From Nitrospirales bacterium (GTDB taxonomy: Bacteria > Nitrospirota > Nitrospiria > Nitrospirales > UBA8639): DNA of 64,000 nt. The position numbers and the translations under genes are program-made. A model generated the notes under the pieces. That model worked only from the letters and a program-made list of their open reading frames with translations. It ran no database searches and had not been told where the DNA came from. Shown here in pieces: positions 12,101 to 24,700 of this stretch. The DNA lies in contig CBDBCZ010000012.1 of the NCBI GenBank assembly GCA_965203295.1, positions 160,001 to 224,000 on the forward strand, given 5' to 3'. The stretch's first letter is position 1, and each line of letters begins with the position of its first letter.

Positions 12101-15100
12101 TGTGTATACCCACGTGTACTTGTGTATACCCGTGTTTACTCGGGTATACAAATGTAGTTACGAGTGTATACCTGTGTGTACTTAAGAATACCTGTGTATA
12201 CATTTGCGTACTTGTGTATATCTTCAGATACTTGTGTATTCCTGTTTACTCGTGCATACAAATGTAGATACTACTGTATACCTGTATATCTGTGCATACT
12301 TGTGTATATCATTATATACATGTGCATACGTGTTTATACCCGTGAATACTTGTGTATACAAATGTAGTTGACCATGTATGCTCGTGCATACAAGTGTAGA
12401 TACAATTGTATTCCTGTATATATCTGTGCATACTTGTGTATATCTGTATATACATTTGCATACGTGTATATACCTGCGTATGCTTGTGTATACATGTGTT
12501 TACTCGTGTTTACAAATGTAGTAACCGTGTATACTTGTTTACACTTATATATACTACGTGTATATGTGTGAATACGTGTGTATACCTGCGTATACATATG
12601 TATACAAAGGTAGATTATAGATATACTTCTTTATATCTGTGTATAACTTTGTATACATGTGCATACGTATTAATAACCATGTATCCTTGTGTATACTTGT
12701 GTTTACTCATGTATACAAATGTAGATAGCTGTTTATACCTCTTTAAAACAGTCTATACTTGTGTATACCTGTGTATACATCTGCATACATGTGTATACCC
12801 ATGTGGACTTGTTTATATCTGTGTTTACATGTGAATGCAAGAGTATATACCCGTGTATACCTCTTTATACTAGAGTATTCTTATGTGTATCTGTGTATAC
12901 AGTGCATACGTGTGTATACACGCGCGTACTTGTGTATACCTGTGTTTACTAGTGTATGCAAATAGTGATGTCCTTGAATACCTTTTTGTGAATTTCTATG
13001 CTTGGTATGACTGTTTAAACAGGTGTGTACTTGTATACTTCTGTAAACCCGTGTATACTTGTGCATACCCGTGTAAACTTGTGAATGCCAGGTTGTACTA
13101 GTTTATACCAGTGTAAGCCTGTGTTTACTCGTGTATGCAAATGTAGATATCCTTGAATACCTTTTTGTGAATTTCTATGCTTGGTATACCTGTGGATATG
13201 TGTGTGAACCTGTGTATACTTGTGTAAACCCGTGTATACTTGTGTACACTTGTGTATACTGTTATATACCTGTGTATACATGTGTATACACGTGTAAAGT
13301 CATGTATACTTGTGTATAACTGTGTATACCCGTGTAAACTTGTGTGCACCTGGTAATACTAGTTAATACCCGTGTATCCATTTGTATACCTGTGTGTAAT
13401 CATTCAAACACATGTATACAGTGTATACTTATGTATATTTGTGTATATATACCTGTATAAACTTGTGAAAACCTGGTAATACTAGTTTATATCAGTGTAA
13501 GCCTTTGTATACCTGTGTTTACTCATGTGTACAGGTGTAGATACCTGTGTATACTTCTTTATACCTGTGTATACTTGTGTATAACTTTTTATACATGTGC
13601 ACACGTGTGTATACCCACATATACGTGTGTATACCGGTGTTCATTTGTGTATACAAATGTAGATACCCGTGTATACCTCGTCATACCTATGCATACTTGT
13701 GTATGCCTGTGTATACATGTGCATAGGTGTGTATACCCGCGTATACTTGTGTATACAAATGTTGATACCCATGTATACCGCTTTATACCTGTGTATACTT
13801 GTGTATGCGTGTGTATACATGAGCATACATATGTATACCCACGTATACTCGTGTATACCTGCGTTTACTCATGTATACGAATGTAGATATCCATGAATAG
13901 CTCTTTGTCCATTTGTATGCTTGTGTATACCTGTGTAAACATGCGTGTACTTGTGTATACTTCTGTAAACTCGTGTATACTTGTGTATACCCATGTAAAC
14001 TTGTGAATACTAGTTTATACCCGTGTAAGCCTTTGTATACCCATGTGTACAGGTGTAGATACCTGTGTATACTTCTTTTTACCTGTGTATAGTTGTATAT
14101 ATATGTGTATACATGTACATGCGTGTGTATACCCGCGTATACTTGTGCATACCTGTGTTTACTCGTGTATGCAAATATGGATACCTGTTATACCTCTTTA
14201 TGCCTGTGTATACTTGTGTATACGTGTGTATACATGTGCATATGTGTGTATACGCGCGTGTACTTGTGTATACCTGTGTTTACTCGTGTATACGAATGTA
14301 GATATCCGTGAACACCTGTTTGGGCATTTGTATGCTTGTGTATACCTGTGTAAACATGCGTGTACTTGTGTATACTTCTGTAAACTTGTGTATACTTTTG
14401 TATACCCGTGTAAACTTGTGAATACCTGGTAATACTAGTTTATACCCATGTAAACCTTTTTATACCAGGGTTTACTCTTGTGTACAGGTGTAAATATGTG
14501 TGTATACTTTTTACCTATGTATACTTGTATATATATTTGAATACATGTGTATACGTGCGTATACCCGCGTATACTATTGTATACCTGTGTTTACTCGTGT
14601 ATACAAATATAGATAACTATTATACCTCTTAATGCTTGTGTATACGTGTGTATACATGTGCATACGTGTGTATACGCTCGTGTACTTGTGTGTACCTGTG
14701 TTTACTAGTGTATACGAATGTAGATATCCGTGAATACCTGTTTGTGCATTTGTATGCTTGTGTATACCTGTGTAAACTTGTGTACTTGTGTATACTTCTG
14801 TAAACCCGTGTATACTTGTGTATACCCGTGTAAACTTGTGAATACCTGGTAATACTAGTTCATACCGTGTAAGCCTTTGTATACCTGTGTTTACTCGTGT
14901 ATGCAAATATAGTTACCTTTTATACCTCTTAATCCCTTTGTATACTTGTGTAAACGTGTGTATACATGCGTATACCCATGTGGACTTGTTTATATCTGTG
15001 TTTACATGTGAATGCAAGAGTATATACCCGTGTATACCTCTTTATACTAGAGTATTCTTATGTGTATCTGTGTATACAGTGCATACGTGTGTATACGCGC

Positions 15101-17710
15101 GCGTACTTGTGTATACCTGTGTTTACTAGTGTATGCAAATATTGATGTCCTTGAATACCTTTTTGTGAATTTCTATGCTTGGTATAACTGTTTAGACAGG
15201 TGTGTACTTGTATACTTCTGTAAACCCGTGTATACTTGTGCATACCCGTGTAAACTTGTGAATGCCAGGCAGTACTAGTTTATACCAGTGTAAGCCTGTG
15301 TTTACTCGTGTATGCAAATGTAGATATCCTTGAATACCTTTTTGTGAATTTCTATGCTTGGTATACCTGTGGATATGTGTGTGAACCTGTGTATACTTGT
15401 GTAAACCCGTGTATACTTGTGTACACTTGTGTATACTGTTATATACCTGTGTATACATGTGTATACACGTGTAAAGTCATGTATACTTGTGTATACCTGT
15501 GTATACCCGTGTAAACTTGTGTGCACCTGGTAATACTAGTTTATACCCGTGTATCCATTTGTATACCTGTGTGTAATCATTCAAACACATGTATACTATG
15601 TATACTTATGTATATTTGTGTATATATACCTGTGTAAACTTGTGAAAACCTGGTAATATTAGTTTATATCAGTGTAAGCCTTTGTATACCTGTGTTTACT
15701 CATGTGTACAGGTGTAGATACCTGTGTATAGTTCTTTATACCTGTGTATACTTGTGCATAACTTTTTATACATGTGCACACGTATGTATACCCACATATA
15801 CGTGTGTATACCGGTGTTCATTTGTGTATACAAATGTAGATACCCGTGTATACCTCGTCATACCTATGCATACTTGTGTATGCCTGTGTATACATGTGCA
15901 TAGGTGTGTATACCCGCGTATACTTGTGTATACAAATGTTTATACCCATATATACCACTTTATACCTGTGTACACTTGTGTAAACCTGTGTATACTTGTG
16001 TACACTTGTGTATACTGTTATATTCCTGTGTATACATGTGTATACACGTGTAAAGTTGTGTATACTTGTGTATACTTGTGTATACCTGTGTAAACTTGTG
16101 TGCATCGTTTTATACCCGCTTATCCATTTGTATACCTTTGTGTAATTATTCATATGCCTCTGTATTTATGTATATACTTGTGTATACCCGTACATATACT
16201 TTTATAGTCGTTTTACGTGTGCATGCTTGTGTAAACCAGTGTGTACTTTTGTGTACTGCCTTCTCTTTTTTCTTTTCAGGAGGGCTTAGCTCATCACTGG
16301 CCTTACTGGCCCAATTTTATGGCTTGCTTGCATCACAAGGAAAGTATACGCTCAGTGATGTGTGTATGTCTTGAATCGGGAACACTAGCGTCCAAACTAT
16401 CAGGACTTTAGCAGTTATCTAGGGATAATAGTAAGTAAGCAAAAGAGTGGTAATGTAGATACCTGTGCATACCTCATATACCTGTGTATACTTGTGCATA
16501 CCTTGTGTATACATGCGCATACGTGTATATACTTGCATAGACCTGTTTACTCGTGTATACAAATGTAGACATGTATCTGAGTATACAAACGCTTCCGTGT
16601 GTGTATTCATGCGTATTTCTGAATACATGTGTATATTTGTGTATACATGTGTACTTGTGCGTATACTCGTCTGTGCTTGTATGCACTTGTGTATACGGGT
16701 GTGTACTTGTGTACTTGATTAAACCCGTATGCATCTTTATTCCTGTGTATTGTTTATACTGGTGTACACTTCTTTATAGCCACATATACAACCTTCTCTT
16801 TTTTCTGGAGGAGATAGCTCATGACTGGCCTTGCTGGCCCATTTTCATGGCATGCTGGTATCACAAAAAGGGCCATAAGCTCAGTGATGTCTGTGTGTCA
16901 TGAATTTGGAACACTAGCGTCCAAAATGAGGCTTACACCTAACCTTTCACATTTAAATACGTGTATATCCTGTTTATAACTGTATAATTGTGTATAACTG
17001 TATACATCTGCATACGTGTTTACCCGCGTATATTTCTGTATACATATATACATTTGTATTAACGTGAGTACTTCGTTTATACCTGTGTGTGCTTGTACAT
17101 ATTTGTGTATACCTGTGTTTACTCGAGTATACTTGCGTTTACTCGCATTTACCGTTAATACCTGTACATACTTGTGTATAATTAGTGTATTTCTATATAC
17201 TTGTGTATGAAGTGTCTACTGTGAAAACTTACCTTTATAGATGTTTATCCAAGTATATTGTGTATACCAGAGCTTCATTGTACACGTGTATTCTCGTGCG
17301 TTGTTATATATACTTGCGCATACCTTGTGTAAATCCGTGTATACTTTGTATACCTGTGTGTACTTGTGTAAATCCGTGTATAGTTGTATATACATTGTTT
17401 ATTAGTGCGTACCTTTAAAAACTAGTGTATAGGTACAACTTTTTAAATAGTAAAGTGCAAAAGTTCGCAATGGTTCAGGGACTGATGAATCAGCTGTTTA
17501 TGACACTACAACAGCACGAACATTAAACCTGTAGTTTACTTAGCTGTCTGATGGGTATTCACATTCATTGGGTACTTCAAGAAGCGAGAAATAGAATAAC
17601 TGAGTTCATGGGTATATTCATGGTTTCTTGAAGTTGATGGGTACCTATTTTTGCAGGAAAATTCGTATTTTATGGGTACTTACATTACAAGTTAATTGTA
17701 CTAAAACTCG

Positions 17711-18480
17711 TGGTACTTGTATTTGAGGGGTCCTTATATTCAGGGAATACTGATATTTGCGGGGTACTTATATTCATGGAGAGTTTGTGTTCGATGGGTC
17801 TTTATATTCATGGGTTCTCTTTTTCAATGAGTCCTCATATTCATGGAATGCTTGTACTTGATGGGTACTCATTCACGGAGTCCTTGTGTTCGATTGGTCC
17901 TTAAATTCAGGAGGTACTTGTATTTGATGTGTCCTTATATTCACAGAGTTCTTGTGTTTGATGAGTCCTTATATTCAGGGGGTACTTGTATTTGATGGGT
18001 CCTTACATTCACGGGGTACTTGTATTTGATGGGTCCTTATATTCACGAGTGCTTGTGTTCGAAAGGTCCTTATATTCATGGGGTACTTGTATTTGATGGG
18101 TCCTTATATTCACGAGTGCTTGTGTTCGAAAGGTCCTTATATTCATGGGGTACTTGTATTTGATGGGTCCTTACTTTCATGGAGTGCTTGTGTTCGATGG
18201 GTCCTTATATTCACGAAGAGCTTGTGTTCGATGGGTCCTTATATTCACGAGATACTTGTATTTGATGGGTCCTTATATTCACGAGTGCTAGTGTTCGATG
18301 GGTCCTTATTTTCATGGGGTACTTGTATTTGATGGGTGCTTATATTCACGGAGTGCTTGTGCTTGATGAGTACTTATAGTCAGAGGGTACTTGTATTGGG
18401 TTATATTCAGGCGGTACTTGTATATGATGGGTAACTTTACTAGTGGGATACTTGTATTTACAGAGTACTTAAATTTATTG
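17711..18480 (+). repeat. 33/34-bp minisatellite with alternating A/B monomers (~67-bp dimer)
   Basis: CCTTATATTCACGGGGTACTTGTATTTGATGGGT alternates with CCTTATATTCACGAGTGCTTGTGTTCGATGGGT; CCTTA starts at 18001, 18035, 18068 and 18102. Confidence 0.93.
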
Positions 18481-18759
18481 GATTGTATTCAATGGGCAGT
18501 TATGCACACTTTAATTCAAAAATCTTACACGGCATATGAAAAAAAATGCAAATGATCAGGGTAAAAAGAAAAGAAAAGTTATAAAGACAGAAAAAAGAAA
18601 AAGTGGAAAAAATATTTGAAAGCACTTGTTTTTTTTGGTCAAACTATTTTCAATATCTCACTTTCAGAAGTCGAAAAGACGCGACAAAAGCTCCAATAAG
18701 GCTTATGCCATGCCCAGAAATGTTTGCTAGCAAATTACTTTACCCTTCAATTTTAGCGA

Positions 18760-21700
18760 ACTACAGAAATCAGGATACTTAAAAAAAAAATTTCGACGGA
18801 AAAATTAAAATGCTCTCAAACATTTGTGGGCACCGCGTAGTTACCGTTGACACCTCTGCCTTGTGCGTGCGAAGTTCAAAAACCGAAATATTGAAAAAAT
18901 GTTTCGACAGGAAAATAAAAACTCGCAAATTGTTTTGGGAACCGCGTAGTTGCCGCTGATACCTCTGCCTTGACCGTTCCATTTTCTGAAATCGGAATAT
19001 TAAAGAAAACATTTAGGACGTAAAAATAAAAATGCTCGCAAACTATTCTGGCGACGGCATAGTTGCCATTGACACCTCTGCCTTGCCCGTGCAAATTTCA
19101 GAAATTGAGATATTGAAGAAAAAATGTTTCGACAGTAAAATAAAAATACTCGCAAACTGTTTTGGGCACCTAGTTGCCGTTGACTCCTCTGCCTTTCCCT
19201 TGTGACTCAGAAATCGAGTTAAAGTAGAAAAAAGTTTTCGACAGAAAAATAAATGCTCGCAAAAATTTCTGGGTACAGCGTAGTTATCGTTGACACATTC
19301 TCAGAAATTGGGATATTAAAGTAAAAATTTAGGACGAAAAAATAAAAATGCTGGAAAACGGTTCTGACAACGGAAAAGTTGACATTGACACCTCTGCTTT
19401 ACCCGTGCGACATTCAGAAATCAAAATGTTGAAGAAAAATTTTTCGACAAAAAAATAAAAATACCCGCAAACTGTTCCGGCAACGTCTTAGTTGCCATTG
19501 ACACATCTGCCTTGTCCGTGCGACATTCAGAAACAGAGATATTGAAGAAATGTTTCGACAGGAAAATCAAAATACTCGCAAATTGTTTTGGGCACCGCGT
19601 AGTTGCTTTTGACACCTCTGCCTTGACTGTTCCATTATCAGAAATCAAAATATTGAAGAAAAAATTTAGGACCGAAAAATAAAAATGCTCAAAAACAGTT
19701 CTGGAGACGGCGTAGTGGCCATTGAGAACTCTTCCTTGCCCATGCGAATTTCAGAAATCGAGATATTGAAGAAAAAATGTTTCGAGAGGAAAATAAAAAA
19801 GCTCGCAAACTGTTCTGGGTAAAGCGTAGGTACCGTTGACAACTGCTTGCCCAAATCATTTTCTGAAATCGGGATATTGAAGAAAAAAATTGATAACAGA
19901 AAAATATAAAAATTCGCAAACTGTTCTTGGCATCGCGTAGTCACAGTTGACCACTCTGCCTTGCCCAACCCATTTACTGAAATCGTAATATTAAAGAAAA
20001 AATTTTGGAAGGAAAAATAAAAATGCTGGCAAACTGTTCTGACCACGGCAAAGTTGACATTGACACCTCTGCCTTGCCCGTGCGACATTCAGAAATCGAG
20101 ATGTTGAAGAAAACTTTTTTCGACAAAAAAATAAAAATGCTCGCAAACTGATCCGGCAACGGCGAAGTTGCCATTGACATCTCTGCCTTGTCCGTGCGAC
20201 ATTCAGAAATCGAGATGTTGAAGAAAACTTTTTTCGACAAAAAAATAAAAATGCTCGCAAACTGATCCGGCAACGGCGAAGTTGCCATTGACATCTCTGC
20301 CTTGTCCGTGCGACATTCAGTAACCGGGATATTGAAGAAAAAATGTTTCGACTGGAGAATAAAAATACTCGCAAATAGTTTTGGGTACCGCGTAGTTGCC
20401 TTTGACACATCTGCCTTGACTTTTCCATTTTCAGAAATCAGAATATTGATAAAATTTAGGACCGAAAAATAAAAATGCTCGTAAACTGTTCTGGAGACGG
20501 CGTAGTGGCCACTGAAAACTCTGCCTTGCCCATGCGAATTTCAGAAATCGAGATATTGAAGAAAAAATGTTTCGACAGGAAAATAAAAAGGCTCGCAAAC
20601 TGTTCTGGGTAAAGCATAGTTACCGTTTACAGCTCTGCTTGCCCAATCCATTTTCTGAAATCAGGATATTAACGAAGAAAATTGATGACAGAAAAATAAA
20701 AATATTCACAAATTGTTCTGGGCACCGCGTAGTTACCGTTGACAACTCTATCTTGCCCAAACAATTTTCTGAAATCGTGTTATTGAAGAAAAAAATTGAT
20801 CACAGGAAAATAAAAATACTCGCAAACTGTTCTGGACACCGCTTAGTTGCCGTTAACACCTCTACCTTGCCCGTTCCATTTTCAGAATTCGGAATATTAA
20901 AGAAAAAATTTAGGACGGAAAAATAAAAAAGCTGGCAAACTGTTCTGACGAAGGCGAAGTTGCCATTGACACCTCTGCTTTGCCCGTGCGACAATCAGAA
21001 ATCGAAATGTTGAAGAAAAAATTTTCAAAAAGAAATAAAAATACTCGTAACCTGTTGTAGGAACAGCGTTGTTATCCGTTGACCCCTCTACCTTGCCCGT
21101 TGACAGATAGAAGAAAAAAATTTTTGAGAAAAAAATTAAAATGCTCGCAAACTGTTCTGGGCACCGCGTAGTTTCCGTTGAAAACTGTGCCTTGCCAGTA
21201 CGACAGTTTGAAGAAAAAATTTTTCGAGAGAAAAATTAAAATGCTCTTAAACTGTTTTTGGGACCGCGTAGCTGCTGTTGATACTTCTGCTTTACTCTCG
21301 CGACATTCAGAAATTGAGATATTAAAAAAAAAATGTTTCGAAAAAAAATATAAATGCTCGCACACTATTCTGGGCACTGCGCAGATGCCGTTTACTTCTC
21401 TGCCTTGCCCGTTCGATAGATAGAAGAAAGAAATTTTCGAGATTAAAATTAAAATACTCGCAAACTGTTCTGGGCACTGCGAATATACCGTTAACTCCTC
21501 TACCTAGCCCGTGCAATAGATTGAAGAAAACATTTTCGAAAGAAAAATTAAAATGCTCGAAAACTGTTCTGGGCACCCGCGTAGATGCCGTTGGCATCTC
21601 TTACTTGCCCGTGCGACAGATTGAAAAAAAGCGTTTTCGAGTGAAAAATTAAAATGCTCGTAAAACTGTTCTGGGCACCGCGTTGTCGCCGTTGACACTT

Positions 21701-24700
21701 CTGCTTTGCCCGTGTAATGTACAGAACTTGAGATATTGAAGAAAAAATTTCGGCAGAAATTAAAATGCGCGAAAGCTTTTCTGGGCACTACGTAGTTACC
21801 GTTGATGGCTCGCAAAACGTTAAAGAAAATTTTTTTTAGAAAAAATTTAAATTCTCACAAACAGTTCTGGGCACCGCGTAGTTGCCGTGGACACCACTAC
21901 CTTGCCAGTGCGATAGGTTACAGAAAACATTTTCGTGAAAAAAATTAAAATGCTTTCCAACGTTTGTGGACACCGCATACATGCCGTTGACACCACTATC
22001 TGCCTTGCCCGTACGACATTCAGTAATTTAGATGTTGAAGAAAAAAATTTGGGCAGCAAATTAAAATGCGCGAAAACTGTTCTGGGCATTACGTAGTTGC
22101 CGTTGACTGGCTCGTCAAACTTTGAAGAAAAATTTTTTTAGAAAATATTAAAATGCTCTCAAACAGTTCTAGGCACCGCGCAGTTGCCGTGGACACCACT
22201 ACCTTGCCAGTACGACAGATTGCAGAAAACATTTTCAAATTAAAATGCTCTCAAACGTTTGTGGGCACCGCGTAGTTGCCGTTGACACCATTCTTTGCCT
22301 TGCCCGTGCGACATTCAGAAATTTAGATATTGAAGAAAAAAATTTTTGCCAAAAAAATAAAAATGCACGCAAACTTTTCTGGGCTCTGCGTAGATGCCGT
22401 TGACTCATCTGCCTTGTCCGTGCGATAGATTGAAGAAAACATTTTTTGAGAGAATTTTAAAAGCTCGCAAACTGTTCTGGGCACCGCGTAGTTGCTGTTT
22501 ATACTTCTGTCTGGCCCATGCGACAGATTGAAAATATAATTTTCAAAAGAAAAATTAAAATGCTCGCAAACGATTCTGGGCACCGCGTAGTTTCCGTTGT
22601 CACTTCTGCCTTGCCCGTGCGACATTCAAAAAACGAGATATTAAAGAAAAATATTTCTATAGAAAAAATGCTCGTAAACTGTTCTATGCACTCAGTAGTT
22701 GCCGTGATTCCTTTGCCTTGCCAGTGCCACAGATTGAAGAAAAAAGTTTCGAGAGAAAAATAAAAAAACTCGCAAACTGTTCTGGGCACCTCGAAGTTGC
22801 CGTTGATACCTCTTCCTGACCGATGTGACAGATTGAATAAAAACATTTTCGAGAGAAAAACTAAAATGCTCTCAAACAATTCTGGGCACCGCGTCCTCGC
22901 CGTTGTCACATCTGCTTGGCCCGTGCGACATTCAGAAAACGAGATATTAAAGAAAAATTATTTCGTTAGAAAAAAAATGCTCGTAAACTGTTCTGGGCAC
23001 TGCGTAGCTACCGTGACTGCCTTGCCCGTGCGACTGATTAAATAAAACATTTTCGAGAGAAAAATAAAAAACTTGCAAACTGTTCTTGGCTCCGCGTAGT
23101 TGCCGTTGACACCTCTGCTTAGCCAGTGTGACATTCATAAATAGAGATATTGAAAAAAAAATTTTCGGCAGAAGTTGAAATTGCTTGCAAACTGTTCTGG
23201 GCACTACGTAGTTGTATTGACACCCCTGCTTAGTCAGTGTGACATTCATAAATAGAGATATTGAAAAAATTTTTTTGGCAGAAGTTAAAATTGCTTGCAA
23301 ACTGTTCTGGGCACTGCGTAGTTGCCGTTGACACCTCTGCTTAGCCAGTGTGACATTCATAAATAGAGATATTGAAAAAAAAATTTTTTGGCAGAAGTTA
23401 AAATGGATTGCAAACTGTTCTGGGCACTGAGTAGTTGCCGTTGACTCCTCTGTATGGCCCGTACGACAGATTGAAGAAAAAATTATTAGACAAAAAAATT
23501 AAAATGTTCGCAAACTGTTCTGGGCACCGCGTGGTTACTGTTGAATCCTCTTTTTTGACCATGTGACATTCAGATATTAAGATATTGAAAAAAACATTTT
23601 ATGACAGAAAAATAAAATGCACGCAAACTGTTCTGGGCACCGCGTAGTTGCCGTTGACTCATCTGTCTTGCCAGTGCGACATGTTGAAGAAAAAATATTT
23701 CGACAGAAATTAATGTTCTTGATAACTGCTCTGAGAACAGCGTAGTGCCTGTTGACACCTCTGCCTTTTTCGCAAACTGTTCTGGGCTCCGCGTAGTTTC
23801 CGTTGACACCTCTGCCTAGGCCGTTCAATTTTCATAAATCGGGATATTGAAGAAAAAATTTAGGTCGGAAAAATAAAAATGTTCGCTAACTGTTCTGGCG
23901 ACTGCGTAGTTGCCATTAACACAACTGCCTTGCCCGTGCAACATTCAGAAATCGAGATACTGAAGAAAAGTTTCAACGAAAAATAAAAATACTCGTAAAT
24001 TGTTTTAGCCACCGTTTAGTTGCCGTTGACACCTCTGCCTTGCCCTTGCGACATTCAGTAATCGATATATGAAGAAAAAAATTTCGACAGGATTAAAAAT
24101 GCTCGTAAACTTCTGGATACAGCGCTGTTGCCGCTGACACTGCCTTTCCCATGCCATTTTCTGAAATCGAAATATTGAAGAAAAAATTATTGACGGAAAA
24201 ATAAAAATACTGGCACACATTTCTGGGCACTGCGTAGCTGCCATTAACACCTTTACCTTGTCCGTGCGACATTCAGAAAATGAGATATTAAAGAAACAAA
24301 ATTTCAACTGAAAAATAAAAATGCTCGCAAACTGTTCTTGGAACTGGGTGGTTGCCGTTGAACCCTCTGCCTTGCCCTTTGACAGTTGAAGAAATAAATT
24401 TTCGAGTGAAAAATTCAAAATGCTCGCAAACTATTCTGGGCACCGCGTAGTTGCCACTGACACCTCTCCTGGCCATTACGACAGATTGAAGAAAAAAATT
24501 TCGAGAGAAAAATATAAATGCTCGAAAACTGTTCTGGGCACCGCGTAGTGGCTGATGACACCTCTCCTGGCCAGTACGATAGATTGAAGAAAAAATTTTT
24601 GAGAGAAAAATTAAAATACTCGCAAACTGTTCTGGGCTCCGCGTAGATGCCGTTGACACCTCTGCCTTGCCAGTACGACAGTTGAAGAAAAATTTTTTGA

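Larger units (their letters stand above)
1846..17450 (+). repeat. GTATAC-based satellite array (10-bp units, kb-scale higher-order repeats), left arm
   Basis: Continuous NNGTGTATAC-type decamers (e.g. 7101-7200) with recurring AATGTAGATA and GGTAATACTAGTTTATAC landmarks. Near-identical ORFs recur at offsets of 941, 2875 and 2177 bp. Confidence 0.97.
1..18740 (+). repeat. Left arm of giant inverted duplication (continues beyond window start)
   Basis: Bases 1-60 are the reverse complement of 49832-49891. Mirrored ORFs (228..452+ vs 49440..49664-, 568..777+ vs 49115..49324-, 1731..2024+ vs 47854..48147-) and mirrored insertions continue inward. 17460-17760 is a diverged mirror of ~28140-28450. 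Confidence 0.95.

Noticed and set aside
17711..18480. CRISPR array suggested by the 33/34-bp period
   Set aside because: The alternating units are variants of one monomer; there are no unique spacers.
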